The notes: generated from the letters alone by a model not told the origin. Counted from the stretch's first letter, positions 36,545-47,620 are shown. The stretch: DNA of 64,000 bases from a virus (IMGVR_UViG_3300013307_000018:80312-144311), one strand, 5' to 3'. Translations and numbers: made by a program.

Positions 36545-39500
36545 ATGGCCAAGAAGAAAGAAACAGATGTGGATGATTTCGACCTCGATGATTTCGACGT
36601 TGACTTCAACTTCACAGACTCGCCTGAACCCAGCCCCAAAGACCGTCGGCCGATTATTGACACCAGTGTGAATGCCGTAAAAGGCTTCAAGAACACGGTG
36701 GCCAATAAAGGCTTTATGACGCGGGTGTTGCGCAAGGCGTTGCCCAAAGGTTTTGTCGACGCGTTCGACCAAGCCGAGCGCGTAGTAACGAAGGGTCGGG
36801 CTCTATACAATGGAGCGGCACAGGAAATCCGTCCCGCCTACACGGACCTGGAACGTGCGGCCCGCGAAATCTCCCCGATTGTCCGTAACAAGGGCAAAAA
36901 GGGATTAGCTGACACGATTGATAAAGTGTTTGGCAAAGACAAAGGCGGTAGCAACCAACGGTTTGATCCCGACGAAGCCAGTATCTCTGACAGCCTGGCT
37001 GAAATCTACAAACTACAAGCCCAGGACGACGAGAAAAAAGAGGTCAAAGAACGCGCGATTGACCAAATCAAAGAGCGCACCACCACACGCCGTCACACGG
37101 ACATCATGGGTCAGCAGACCATCATGGCCGATGGCATCAACATGTTGGTGGGATACCAGAAACAAATCACCAGTCGCTACCAGCAGAAAATGCTGGAGCT
37201 CAACTTCCGTCAGTATTACGCACAACGTGATATGCTGGGGACGTTGCAGGCTTATGCCCGTGACTCCCACACTCAACTCGAAACCATCATCCACAACACG
37301 GCGTTACCTGACATTCTGAAGATGCAAGCCTCTGAACAGTTTGTCAATCAGGCCCGTCAGAAGATGTTCGGTAAAGTCCAGGACCGAGTCGGGGATTACT
37401 TTCGTAACTACACCGACAAAGTCTTTGAGAACATCGAGAAGGAAGTTAACGGGTTTGCTCAGAACATCTCCATGGGCATGCAGATGGGTGCGCAACTCGT
37501 CGATGCTCAGCGTATGGGGATGGAGTATGACGTTGACTCGGGTGGACTGGGGGGTGCAGCAGGCAGTGGGTTAGGGCAGTTATTCGGGAGCTGGCTTGGG
37601 AAGAAAGGCGCGCGGGTACTCAACCGAAACGCCCGGGTGCAGAACCTGGGGGCAAAGGTCGGATACCACGCCAACAACATTCCTGAGTTCTTAAACGAAC
37701 TGCGTAACAACAACCGCTTCTACGGTGACTGGCGTGACAAAGGCATGGACGTCGCCCGACGTATTCTGCCCGGTCCTTTCCAGCGTAACACACAACTGGA
37801 AGGCCAGGATGAACTCCACGGCGGGATGCCAACCATGTTTGATAACCAGACCCACAAAACCATCAACGAAATCCTGCCTGGCTATTTGTCACGGATTTTG
37901 CAATCCCTGGAATCTGCCCGTCAAGGCAAACCGGTCAGTCGGTTAGTCTATAACAAGGAACGCAACAAGTTCACCGTCCAACGTGAACGTACTGCTGACA
38001 CCGCTGCAGAAATCCTGGACGACCGTAAGATTTCCGCGATTCGCAGTTCTGCGGATGCAATGGTCAACCGTATCGATGCAGAGAACAAGCTGTCGCCAGA
38101 AGCCCGCAAAGCCCTGGCTGATAGCCTGATTAATGAAGCAGATAAAGGGGGGAGTTTCAGTCCAGCTCGGTTTGCTACAGGTGGTGTGGAGTTCTCCAGT
38201 GATGCACGTGTTCACCGGGAAATCACCGGACACCTGCGTGGGCGTTATGGCGTAGATGCCTTTGGTAAGATGGGTGACGATGCTGAGAACTACAACCGAG
38301 CGGCGTTAGATAACTCCTCCTTTAAAATGCTGCGTGAAACCATGCCGGATGTCTATGCAACGATTAACCGCATGGTCAACACCGGTTCAGCAGAAGACCT
38401 GCGGGCCCTGGGGATTCTGGTCTCTGACCCGAACAACCCTCGCAAGGAAATGATTGACTACAGTTTCCTGCAGCAACGCATGGCCGGTGGGGATTGGACT
38501 ATCGATGACCTGTCTGATTTAGGGGCAGGTGGCAAGAGCCGCAGTAAAGGGCGCGGTCGTGGCAGTCGGGGTCGTCCACCGGGTGCCGGTCGTGGTACAC
38601 CGCCGCCGATTCCACCGGGTCCAGTACCACCTCGTAACGACACGGACAGCGTGAAACTTGCCGGGGCCTTTGACCGGTTCGGGGATTTAATCACCGCATC
38701 ATTGAGTAAGTTGGGGGTCGACCTGGGTGGTCACCTGGATAAACTCGGTGAGCGGGTTGATGCCCTGGGGGTGCGCATTGATGCACTGGGTACCAAAATC
38801 GAGGAGCACTCGGTTAAACAGGAAGCCAAAGAAAGTGTACTGTGGCTTAACCGTATTGCCAAACTGCTGTCCAGCATTAACAAAGGAGGGATTCGTCGAG
38901 GGCGTCGTCGCCCACCGACTGTGAACCCGGATGGTTCGGTTGATGCGGAATTCGATGACGAACCCGGTGAGGAAAACTGGGACGAATGGCGGGATGAAGA
39001 TGGGGATATCTTTGACCGGGCACGTGGCGGTTTCCGTCGGGGTGCACGAGGTGCTCGCAGTGCCTTCGGACGGGCCAAAGCGTTTGGTGGTCGGCAGTAC
39101 CGTCGGGGACGTGCAGCAGCCGGTCGTGCCGGGCGGTTCGCAGGTGCGCAACTCGGTAAAGCCAAAGACTGGTTGATGGACGGTAAGTCACTGTTCGGAC
39201 GCATTGGGGATGTCGCCAAAGGCGCAATGAGTGCGGCAGGAACGTTGCACAACATGTTCCAGGAAGTCTTTGACATCTATACGGCACCCGATGCTGAAAG
39301 CCCGGTGATGACCGCTGCCAAAATGCGCGCGGGCCATTACTTCAACCGACACACCAATGACCCGATTGCCAAGTTCTCTGATATCAAAGGGTCCGTGGTG
39401 GATGAGAACGGCGATGTGGTGTTGACTGAGGAAGACATCCGTCGGGGTCTCTACGGTAAAAACGGCAAGCCTGTTGGCGGCAGTTTAATGCGCGGAGTAG

Positions 39501-42500
39501 TAGGTGCGGTGAGTGGTTTAGTGGGGCGCGTGTTTGGTGTCCCGCAAGCCGTGTTGAGCCTGGCTGCCCGTACGGCCCGTAAAACGCTCAGTATGACCCG
39601 TAACGCGATTGATGGCCCAGAGGATGTCTACGTACGGGGTGAAGAGTCTCCACGCCTCCTGGCGATTATCATGCGGCGTCAGGGCTATCGGTCCAAGGCC
39701 ACGGGGCGTGTCATCAAACGTCCATCGGATATTGATGGTCCGGTTGTGGATATTGAAGGCAACGAAGTGTTGTCAGCTGACGATATTCTCAAAGGGTTGG
39801 TGGACAGTCAATCCCGTCCTGTGGTGGGATTGGGGGGTAAACTGCTGCGTATGGCCAAAGGGGGCTTCGGTCTGATTGGCAAAGCAGCGGGACTGGCTAA
39901 CCGGGTGCGTAAGTATGCCTGGAACACCGCCAAACGGGGCGCACGTGCCGTCGGTCGGGGTATTCGCGGTGTGGGACGTTTCCTCGCCAAAGGCTTTAAC
40001 TTCCAGGCCAACATCGGCTTTGGGGTGGGTGGTGGCGGTCAGGCCAGTGGCGCGGTACTCGACGGACTGGAGGCGATTTACAACCTGTTGGATGACCGTC
40101 TGCCGGGTGAGTCTAAATTCCGTGCAGGAAGCTGGCAGGAGAAATACAGTCGTCGTGCCACACCGGGGGAAACCAAGAAGAAACTCGAGCGGGCAGCAGA
40201 AGGCTCACCGATACTCAAATACCTCATGATGTTTGGGGGTGCGGTGATGTCGGGCTTTGCCTGGCTTAAGTCGAAGTTTGGGGACTTCTTCAGTGGGGTG
40301 AAAACGCTGTTCTCTGCCAAACGGGGTGCAGATGCCCTGGGTGGGGCGGCTGATGCTGCAGCCGGTGCCGGTGGACGTCGGGGTCGGGGCGGGTTATTGC
40401 GTCGGACCTTGTCAGGTGCTGGGCGTTTAGCCAAAGGTGCTGGTCGTCTGGCACTGGGTGCGTTGCCGTTTCTCGGCCAGGCCGCAATGAGTATTGGTGG
40501 GGCTGTCGTCGGGGTATTGGGTGCGCCATTGACCATCGCCATCGGTGTGGCAGCGGCGGGTTACTTTGCCTACAAATACTTCAAAGGCCGTCCACAACCG
40601 TTGCAGCGCTTGCGCTTAGCGGAATACGGCTTTGACCCGTCTGACAAAGAGGCCATGAAAAAGGTCATCGAGATGGAAGGGTATTTGCTGGAGAGCGTCA
40701 GTGTCCAGGGTGGCAAAGCGAGTATTGGCAATGTCAATACCGACGAGCTGCTTAAACGCGCTGGGATTCCAGATGACCCTGCTGCACAACAGGCCTTTAC
40801 GGAGTGGTACCGGGGACGTTTCATTCACGTGTTCTTACGTAACGTGTCAGCCCTGAAACAGGTCGGCAGTACCGTGAGTCTGTTGGAAGTGGACGACAAA
40901 CTGGACAAAGGGTTGAAAGCAGACTTTGCCAGTGCCACCCGCGAACCGGCCAACTCAGGCTATACTCCGTACAGTGTAGGCGGTCAACCGTTTGCGGATA
41001 TTGACCCCCTGACCACCGGGGCGAAAGCCGTGGACGATGAGATTGCGGCCATCCGTAAGGAGTTTGCACAGTACAAGAAAGCCACTGCCGTGAAGTCTCC
41101 CGCACAGCAAGTCACCGCTGCGATTCCGGGAGCACCGGCCATGCCGACCCCAACAGGCCAGGCTGGGAAGTTCCAGCCATCCGTGAATGCGTACATCACT
41201 CCGTCTGAGAAGACCGGTGGGTACGAACCGGGGATTGCCGTGCAGCAATGGACACCGGGGGCGAACCGGTTACTGGATGACCTGACTGCGGTCAGGATGC
41301 GACTCTATGGGTTAGGTACGTTGGATGTGTCACAAGTCAACGCCTTAACCACACTGGAGTCCAATCTGGCTGAGGTGATTTCTATCGGGAACGACGGCAA
41401 GGTCAAAATGACCATGGCGCCCGAAGGCATCTACAAAGCCAATGCTGGGTTGTTTGGTCGCAACCCAACCGACGGTCAGGCGCAAACCGAATGGGTCACG
41501 TGGTTTAACTACCGCTTCTTACCGGTGTACTCCCAGTTCATCTCGGCGTTGTGGGGCATTAACCGCAACATCAAACCGGGACTGGCCTGGAAGTATTTGC
41601 GTCCAGAAGACATGTTGTCCGTGGCCGAGTTGTTGAAAGGAGTACGGGCGAATACCCCGGACGGTGCCGTGTCAGTCTGGGCAGTGCATGCCTCGGCCTT
41701 TGCGGGGGTGGAGTCCAACCAGGACATCACCTCTATTGACACCAACCTGACTTCCTTGCGCACCCAGGTCAAAAACAACCAGTTCCAGGAACGGACCCCG
41801 AATGTCAATGCTGCGTCTCAAAAACAAGGCAACGGCACCACGGGTACCAACTCGGTGGCCAGCAACACGACCCCAGGTAACGCTGCGAAACCAGGGTTCT
41901 TCCAACGGGTCAAAAACTGGTTTACCGGTAACGGGGACGCACCGTCTACTGCACTGGGTGGTGCGGGTCTGGGCACCGGGTACAGTGGCGGTATGGCCCT
42001 GGGTGGTGCCGGTGGGGGTGGAGGACCTACTGCTGTGATGGGGTCACCTATCATGCAGCCAGGCAACGGTACCGGGGGCGACATCAATCAAATCCCACAA
42101 CCTGAAGGTGATGGTAGCTGGGATGCGTTGAAGAAAACCATTGTGGCGGCTGCCAACATGGCCGGGGTTGACCCGGGGTTAATGGCCTCCATGGCATTTG
42201 TGGAGTCCAACTTCCGGGCTGCTGTGAAACCGGGCACCAGTGCGGCACAAGGACTGTACCAGTTCATTCCATCGACCTGGCGCAGTATGATGCAGAAGTA
42301 TGCAGCCAAATACGGGATTGACCCGAACACCCCACCGTCTGACCCTCGGGCCAATGCCCTGATGGGCGCCGAGTATCTGAAAGAGAACCAGAAGATACTC
42401 GAACAGAAGCTGGGACGTCCGGTCACCGGGACTGACTTGTACCTGTCGCATTTCTTGGGCGGGGCAGGCGGTCCACGACTGCTCAAAGCACCGAGTGGGG

Positions 42501-43252
42501 ATTTGGCACAAAACCATGCAGATGCCGCAGCAGTGAATGCCAACCGAACCGTGTTCTTTGCCGGCGGTCGTCCGAAGACAGTGGCGGAAGTCATTGCCTG
42601 GGCGAACAAACGCATTGAAGGTGACGGGGGCAAGTTCATGACTGAAGCCCAATCACTGGCCGGTAACCCCGGTGCGTTGAAAGCAGCAAACGACCCACAG
42701 ATGGACGCGGCGAATGATGCCACGGGCGGGACTGCGGCAACCGGACCACAACGGCCATCGGATGACGGTGATGTCGCGAATGCACGGGGACAGGCGCAAG
42801 CCGCCAGCATGAACAATGCGTCTACCGGCATGCCTACCGCACAACCGACACCGGGACCAACCGGCGCAGGGAGTGGCAACGGTGCACGCAGTGGGATTGC
42901 CGTCAGTGGCGGTGACAACGCCCCAACACCGAAAGACACCGACAACTATGTCAGTGACGTGCAGACCAGCGCACGGACCGCACGGACGAGTGCCCAGATG
43001 GACTCTGCGGATGCTATGTTGGACGTGCAACGGGAACAACTGGAAGTCCAGAAAACCATGTCAAGCCATCTGGCGCGATTGGTGGAGTTGTTCCAGGGTG
43101 GTCAGACGACACCCGCCAGTGCCCCGGCAGCAGATTCACCGGCTGCCAGTACTCCGCAAACGAACCCCAGCGACCCACGTCGTAACGGGGCCTCGAATGC
43201 AGGAGCACAACGTGTGAACCCTGCTGTTTCAATGAAACGGACGGGGTCGTAA
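36545..43252 (+). CDS. Tape measure protein with lytic transglycosylase domain (phiKZ gp181 type)
   Basis: 2235 aa; SLT motifs MASMAFVESNF, AAQGLYQFIPSTW, DPRANALMGAEYL, LYLSHFLG at about 42.1-42.6 kb; Gly/Ala-rich hydrophobic stretches. Confidence 0.93.
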   Translation: MAKKKETDVDDFDLDDFDVDFNFTDSPEPSPKDRRPIIDTSVNAVKGFKNTVANKGFMTRVLRKALPKGFVDAFDQAERVVTKGRALYNGAAQEIRPAYTDLERAAREISPIVRNKGKKGLADTIDKVFGKDKGGSNQRFDPDEASISDSLAEIYKLQAQDDEKKEVKERAIDQIKERTTTRRHTDIMGQQTIMADGINMLVGYQKQITSRYQQKMLELNFRQYYAQRDMLGTLQAYARDSHTQLETIIHNTALPDILKMQASEQFVNQARQKMFGKVQDRVGDYFRNYTDKVFENIEKEVNGFAQNISMGMQMGAQLVDAQRMGMEYDVDSGGLGGAAGSGLGQLFGSWLGKKGARVLNRNARVQNLGAKVGYHANNIPEFLNELRNNNRFYGDWRDKGMDVARRILPGPFQRNTQLEGQDELHGGMPTMFDNQTHKTINEILPGYLSRILQSLESARQGKPVSRLVYNKERNKFTVQRERTADTAAEILDDRKISAIRSSADAMVNRIDAENKLSPEARKALADSLINEADKGGSFSPARFATGGVEFSSDARVHREITGHLRGRYGVDAFGKMGDDAENYNRAALDNSSFKMLRETMPDVYATINRMVNTGSAEDLRALGILVSDPNNPRKEMIDYSFLQQRMAGGDWTIDDLSDLGAGGKSRSKGRGRGSRGRPPGAGRGTPPPIPPGPVPPRNDTDSVKLAGAFDRFGDLITASLSKLGVDLGGHLDKLGERVDALGVRIDALGTKIEEHSVKQEAKESVLWLNRIAKLLSSINKGGIRRGRRRPPTVNPDGSVDAEFDDEPGEENWDEWRDEDGDIFDRARGGFRRGARGARSAFGRAKAFGGRQYRRGRAAAGRAGRFAGAQLGKAKDWLMDGKSLFGRIGDVAKGAMSAAGTLHNMFQEVFDIYTAPDAESPVMTAAKMRAGHYFNRHTNDPIAKFSDIKGSVVDENGDVVLTEEDIRRGLYGKNGKPVGGSLMRGVVGAVSGLVGRVFGVPQAVLSLAARTARKTLSMTRNAIDGPEDVYVRGEESPRLLAIIMRRQGYRSKATGRVIKRPSDIDGPVVDIEGNEVLSADDILKGLVDSQSRPVVGLGGKLLRMAKGGFGLIGKAAGLANRVRKYAWNTAKRGARAVGRGIRGVGRFLAKGFNFQANIGFGVGGGGQASGAVLDGLEAIYNLLDDRLPGESKFRAGSWQEKYSRRATPGETKKKLERAAEGSPILKYLMMFGGAVMSGFAWLKSKFGDFFSGVKTLFSAKRGADALGGAADAAAGAGGRRGRGGLLRRTLSGAGRLAKGAGRLALGALPFLGQAAMSIGGAVVGVLGAPLTIAIGVAAAGYFAYKYFKGRPQPLQRLRLAEYGFDPSDKEAMKKVIEMEGYLLESVSVQGGKASIGNVNTDELLKRAGIPDDPAAQQAFTEWYRGRFIHVFLRNVSALKQVGSTVSLLEVDDKLDKGLKADFASATREPANSGYTPYSVGGQPFADIDPLTTGAKAVDDEIAAIRKEFAQYKKATAVKSPAQQVTAAIPGAPAMPTPTGQAGKFQPSVNAYITPSEKTGGYEPGIAVQQWTPGANRLLDDLTAVRMRLYGLGTLDVSQVNALTTLESNLAEVISIGNDGKVKMTMAPEGIYKANAGLFGRNPTDGQAQTEWVTWFNYRFLPVYSQFISALWGINRNIKPGLAWKYLRPEDMLSVAELLKGVRANTPDGAVSVWAVHASAFAGVESNQDITSIDTNLTSLRTQVKNNQFQERTPNVNAASQKQGNGTTGTNSVASNTTPGNAAKPGFFQRVKNWFTGNGDAPSTALGGAGLGTGYSGGMALGGAGGGGGPTAVMGSPIMQPGNGTGGDINQIPQPEGDGSWDALKKTIVAAANMAGVDPGLMASMAFVESNFRAAVKPGTSAAQGLYQFIPSTWRSMMQKYAAKYGIDPNTPPSDPRANALMGAEYLKENQKILEQKLGRPVTGTDLYLSHFLGGAGGPRLLKAPSGDLAQNHADAAAVNANRTVFFAGGRPKTVAEVIAWANKRIEGDGGKFMTEAQSLAGNPGALKAANDPQMDAANDATGGTAATGPQRPSDDGDVANARGQAQAASMNNASTGMPTAQPTPGPTGAGSGNGARSGIAVSGGDNAPTPKDTDNYVSDVQTSARTARTSAQMDSADAMLDVQREQLEVQKTMSSHLARLVELFQGGQTTPASAPAADSPAASTPQTNPSDPRRNGASNAGAQRVNPAVSMKRTGS

Positions 43253-43256
43253 TAAC

Positions 43257-43276
43257 AGGAGGGGGAAACCCCTCCT
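43257..43276 (+). terminator. Hairpin/terminator after tape measure gene
   Basis: AGGAGGGG-GAAA-CCCCTCCT then ACCCTTTTCTTT. Confidence 0.7.
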
Positions 43277-43306
43277 ACCCTTTTCTTTACTCCGAGGTCT
43301 GAGAAG

Positions 43307-45355
43307 ATGGTCGCAGGCGTAACCGATACCACAATTAAAGATGCCACTTGGATGCGTCAGAGCTTCATGCTGCCCATTCGGGCCATCAATGAAGAGGACG
43401 CGTCTCGACGGACGTACAGTACGGCCAAATGGAAGTACAACGATACGACGCTCGGGGGCGATGTTGTTTTAAACCCACTGCCACAGTTTACCCGCTATGC
43501 TGACCGCCCTACCCAGAACTACTTTGGGGTCGGTTACGGAATGGGACGGCTCTATTCTGAAGTATTCCACGACAACCAACAGCGCGTACACTTGCGTTTT
43601 GGCGTGCCGGAATACAACTCCCTCACCGGGTTCTTTACCACGTTCTATGACCCGTCGCTTTCGGCGCTGACCCGCAAAGGACGTGGGAAAGGGTTGTTCT
43701 ATAAGGCCGGGTATTTGATTGGGTCGGTGTTGGCCCTCCCACTCACGGTGTATAACTCGGTCTCTGGGATTATGCGCTTTTGGATGGGACAACCGGCGTA
43801 CAAATTCGCCTACCTGAAACCCACCATGCCACTGTACTGGAATGCCTTGCAGAACATGCTGGACACCGTTGCCAGTAACATGGGGTTGGGATTAGCCGCC
43901 CCCATGGACCGCTATGCGAACTGGGGCAATGCCGGGAACACCGTGATGGATGTGAAATCCGTCCCGGACGTGCAGGCGGAAATCGTGCGTAAGATGATGC
44001 CGGCCAACTGGGGCTCACAAGGAGGGATTAACATCTATGCCGTTTCCCGACGGGCACAGATGTACGCGGATGCCTACTACCGCAAAATGCAGGAGGTCTT
44101 AAACCAGGCCCGCAGTGTGGAAGAAGCCGGGAAACTGTTACGTGCCGTGGAGACCGGTGAATTGCGATGGGACTTAACGGACTACAAGAAATCAGCCCGT
44201 ACCCTACAGCAGTACATCACGGATTACCTGGGTACCCAGATGGGGATGGAAGGCGCAGAAGCCAGCAACACCCAGAACATGGGCGCCGACGGTACGGTGG
44301 CTAACGCGGCGGCACAGTCAGCGAAAACCGGGGAAGCCACACCCTTACCAGAAGCAGCGGAGCAAGCCGGGAGCTGGCGTCAGGCGAATTCATCAACGGA
44401 CCCAACGGCCTCGACACTTACCACCAAAGTCTGGGACCACTTAGTCGCCGAAGCCCGTGAAGGCTCGGCTTGGGTATCATTGCGGGTTGACCACGTCGGG
44501 TCTGTGTCTGAGTCGGTGAGTACGTCGATGCAGGACTCGGGATTGGCCTCGACCATTAACAGCATGTCTGCCTCCAAGCGCAGTATGCAGTTTAACCTGG
44601 CAGGCGGTAATGTCGGGGATGGGGTGATTGCGTCTACCATTGAAGGCATTATGAGCGCAGCGACAGATTTGGTGAGTGGTGCTGCCAATGCCGCTGGTTT
44701 GGGGGGGATTGGTATTCTGTTGGGCGCAGGCTTAGTAGACTTACCGCAAGACTGGTCGAACACGTCTGTGTCTTTGCCACGCATGAGTTTTACCATTCAG
44801 TTACGTACCCCGTACGGAAACAAAATCTCCCGCTTCCAAAACCTGATGGTGCCGTTGTGTGCATTGTTGACCGGGGCACTGCCTCGCTCTACGGGTGCGT
44901 CGTCGTATGAGCGTCCGTTTATGTGTGAGATGTTCATGCAGGGTCGTCACCAAATCCGCTACGGTATCATCGACTCTATCAGTATCGAACGTGGGGTCGG
45001 TAACGTGGGCTGGACTCAGGATGGCGCACCGTTGGGGATTGACGTCACGTTCTCGGTGGTGGATGCTTACCAGGTGATGCACATGCCAATTGCCAAAGGG
45101 ATCATGGACTCGAGCCAATCGGTGTTGCGGTACATGTTCGGTGACGACACCCTGTATTCTGATTACCTGACAACGCTCGGGGCGGTGAGTCTGGCCGACC
45201 GGACGTACGGGTTTGAAGTCTTAAAGCGCCGCTGGAAAAATGCCAAGATGGATTTTGACAGTTATTTCTCGGTGGCTCACTTTGCCAGTGCGGCCTTTAA
45301 CAACCTCCCGGGACGATTGATCCAGGCGATTGCCCATCAGTCCAACCGTGGCTAA
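43307..45355 (+). CDS. Baseplate/tail-tip structural protein (phiKZ gp182-like)
   Basis: Follows the tape measure gene; TTLGGDVVLNPLPQFTRYAD, VHLRFGVPEYNSL, GIIDSISIERG, LGIDVTFSV motifs. Confidence 0.75.
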   Translation: MVAGVTDTTIKDATWMRQSFMLPIRAINEEDASRRTYSTAKWKYNDTTLGGDVVLNPLPQFTRYADRPTQNYFGVGYGMGRLYSEVFHDNQQRVHLRFGVPEYNSLTGFFTTFYDPSLSALTRKGRGKGLFYKAGYLIGSVLALPLTVYNSVSGIMRFWMGQPAYKFAYLKPTMPLYWNALQNMLDTVASNMGLGLAAPMDRYANWGNAGNTVMDVKSVPDVQAEIVRKMMPANWGSQGGINIYAVSRRAQMYADAYYRKMQEVLNQARSVEEAGKLLRAVETGELRWDLTDYKKSARTLQQYITDYLGTQMGMEGAEASNTQNMGADGTVANAAAQSAKTGEATPLPEAAEQAGSWRQANSSTDPTASTLTTKVWDHLVAEAREGSAWVSLRVDHVGSVSESVSTSMQDSGLASTINSMSASKRSMQFNLAGGNVGDGVIASTIEGIMSAATDLVSGAANAAGLGGIGILLGAGLVDLPQDWSNTSVSLPRMSFTIQLRTPYGNKISRFQNLMVPLCALLTGALPRSTGASSYERPFMCEMFMQGRHQIRYGIIDSISIERGVGNVGWTQDGAPLGIDVTFSVVDAYQVMHMPIAKGIMDSSQSVLRYMFGDDTLYSDYLTTLGAVSLADRTYGFEVLKRRWKNAKMDFDSYFSVAHFASAAFNNLPGRLIQAIAHQSNRG

Positions 45356-45366
45356 ACAGCATAATT

Positions 45367-45384
45367 GGGAGGCGAAAGCCTCCC
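45367..45384. terminator. Terminator at a convergent junction
   Basis: GGGAGGC-GAAA-GCCTCCC. Confidence 0.75.
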
Positions 45385-45397
45385 GTTATGTCGTCAA

Positions 45398-46408
45398 TCA
45401 GATAGCAATGCCGGGGTAGGTGGTTTTAACGAGCGCTACGGCATCCTGAAGCGGATAACTGTCGGCAACCAACACACAGTCCCAGTAATCGTTGTTGTAG
45501 CTTAGTAGCGTGCGTGCATCGCGACTGGCGGTCTGGAACGGGGCCAGTTTATTCACAACCTGGTTGTTGCGTACGCTGCTGTCCCACTGTGGGTCCAGTG
45601 AGGTCAACACCCCTAAGAATTTCACCAGCAGGGCCGGGTAGTCAGCCTGTTGGTCATCGGCACGAAACTGGTAGCCGCCTAACACCATGTTGATGGCCGT
45701 GGGGTAGGTCGCCATGAGTTTATCCGGGCCGGTGTTTTTGATGATGGTAATCAGGGTGTCCAGTTCTCCGGTGACACATGCGGCTGAAAACGAGTTGGTA
45801 AGGGTGTACTCCAGATAGTCGCGTTCAGTGGTGCCTTTCTCGAATTTGTCCATGATGGTCGAGATAGTATCCGCCAGGCCCCATTCGGTGGAGTACTCCA
45901 TCAAACTCCCGATAAATGCCATCTTTGCGGTGGCGTCGACAATGCTGGTTAACCCGATATCCCCAAGTACCGTTTTAAACCCGTTCAGTACCCCCTGGAC
46001 ATCCCGGGCATTGACTCCGTTGGCCACCTTGAGGACGTGACCCGACGCATCGGTAATTTGGCTGACGTTGACGCCGGCCAGGCTGCTGAGTTTGTTGACG
46101 GCGCGCAGTTGTGCTTCCGGGGACAAATCTTTAATCGAGGTGATGTTCACCCCAAGCAGAGAGTTCAGGCGGGATTTGGCTTGGTCGGGGTCAAGGCTGA
46201 CATCCCCGCCTTTGATATCCAACATGTTGGCTAAGGTGGAGAGATTAAACCCACTGGCTCGGATGTTGGTAAAGACACTCCCCAACACGTTTTTCACCCC
46301 GGTCACGGATGAACTCAACAGGTCAATGGTCGGGGCGTTGTACACATCCGCCACTGGCAGCTTATCCAACGCGGCGCCCTGGAACAGGGTCTGGGCAATC
46401 TTCGGCAT
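45398..46408 (-). CDS. Probable virion structural protein
   Basis: ATG 46408 (MPKIAQTLFQG) with GAGGA RBS; conserved position next to the gp182-like gene. Confidence 0.65.
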   Translation of the reverse strand: MPKIAQTLFQGAALDKLPVADVYNAPTIDLLSSSVTGVKNVLGSVFTNIRASGFNLSTLANMLDIKGGDVSLDPDQAKSRLNSLLGVNITSIKDLSPEAQLRAVNKLSSLAGVNVSQITDASGHVLKVANGVNARDVQGVLNGFKTVLGDIGLTSIVDATAKMAFIGSLMEYSTEWGLADTISTIMDKFEKGTTERDYLEYTLTNSFSAACVTGELDTLITIIKNTGPDKLMATYPTAINMVLGGYQFRADDQQADYPALLVKFLGVLTSLDPQWDSSVRNNQVVNKLAPFQTASRDARTLLSYNNDYWDCVLVADSYPLQDAVALVKTTYPGIAI

Positions 46409-46452
46409 GGGTAGTCCTCTGAAAACAAAAAAAATGAAGTACGCTATAAAAT

Positions 46453-46484
46453 GCCTGTCCCCAGACCGAAGTCCAGGAACAGGC
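46453..46484 (-). terminator. Intrinsic terminator
   Basis: Minus strand GCCTGTTCCTGGAC-TTCG-GTCTGGGGACAGGC-ATTTT. Confidence 0.8.
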
Positions 46485-46528
46485 ACAACTTACTACACGT
46501 GTAATGCGTTGGTCAGAAGGCAGGTAGA

Positions 46529-47047
46529 TTAGTGCTTCTCAGAAGTCTTTTCTGAAAGAGCAGGGAAGTCCGGTTTCTCTAATCCGCGCAGGTCTTCTGG
46601 AATGATTGAAGGATTCACGTCCCGATCGCGTTTCTTCGGGGTGCGGTCCATCATGGACACAGTCGATTCAATCGTTTTACCGTTCTTGAATTTCAAACGT
46701 ACCGTGAACTCCGCACGGACTGGATTGAAAAACCGTATGGCTTTCATAAACACCTTCCAGGTCAAACGGTCGCGAAAGAGTTCCTTGTTGAGGTTCCCTC
46801 GTGCAGTTGCTTTATCTTTGGGTGTGTTTTTGATGTTGTTAGCAGGGTTGTTCAAATACTGCGCCATCAGTTGAGACCATCCGAATGCCCCCAGATTCAT
46901 CTCACGACACAATGTTCGAAACAACGTTGCTAATGCACCTTTCGCCGGGGGCGCATTGACAAAGTTATTATTGACAGCGGTAAACATTGCGCTGGATGGA
47001 TCTTCATCCCCGCTGTGTTCCTTTCCGTCATTGCCTCTTTTTACCAT
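46529..47047 (-). CDS. Conserved phiKZ-like hypothetical protein
   Basis: LATLFR..W..LM..YL.NP.N..KDKATARGNLNKEL..LTWKVF.K..RF pattern. Confidence 0.75.
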   Translation of the reverse strand: MVKRGNDGKEHSGDEDPSSAMFTAVNNNFVNAPPAKGALATLFRTLCREMNLGAFGWSQLMAQYLNNPANNIKNTPKDKATARGNLNKELFRDRLTWKVFMKAIRFFNPVRAEFTVRLKFKNGKTIESTVSMMDRTPKKRDRDVNPSIIPEDLRGLEKPDFPALSEKTSEKH

Positions 47048-47068
47048 GTTATACTCCAGTAATGCTGG

Positions 47069-47581
47069 TTACTTGTTTAGCTTAAGAGACAAGATAGCCT
47101 CCAAAAACTCAGCAGCGTCCTCCATATACGCGAGTGTGCTCAATTGGTAATAGTCGTAGAGGTCTTCACGAGCCAGCTCACATTCTGCCAGTTCACGGGA
47201 CACCTGCGGTATTAGTCGCTTGAGTTCCTTAGTAACCACGTACGGTGATACCGCGCGGCGGTCGCTGTCTTCCAGCCACGCGTCCAGCGTCACACGTCGA
47301 GGTAGTCCTGACACCTTATAGCGGTCGTCAATGTCTTTGCGTTCAGTGATAAGTCCTAAGACCTTCTCCAGGTTATGGATTAACCGGCTGGGGTCGGTGG
47401 ACCGCACATTGAGCACGTAGTCATGGGCATCCGTTAAGGTGTAAGTTTCTTTGACCCACTCAGGGTTGATGAGTTCCACCAGTGCCGTCGCTTGCACGCG
47501 GGGTCGAATCTCATAGCTGAGGGGGGTATAGCGCTTTCGCATCTTGTTGACGCGGTGTTTAAGTAAGAGCCGACCAAACAT
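47069..47581 (-). CDS. Hypothetical protein (predicted early)
   Basis: AAGGA RBS; first gene after promoter 47621-47648. Confidence 0.75.
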   Translation of the reverse strand: MFGRLLLKHRVNKMRKRYTPLSYEIRPRVQATALVELINPEWVKETYTLTDAHDYVLNVRSTDPSRLIHNLEKVLGLITERKDIDDRYKVSGLPRRVTLDAWLEDSDRRAVSPYVVTKELKRLIPQVSRELAECELAREDLYDYYQLSTLAYMEDAAEFLEAILSLKLNK

Positions 47582-47620
47582 AGTTTATCCTTAGAAAACT
47601 ACGGGCAATCATACACTACG

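Noticed and set aside
42088-42945. 285-aa minus-strand ORF inside the tape measure gene
   Set aside because: Shadow of a Gly/Ala-rich coding region
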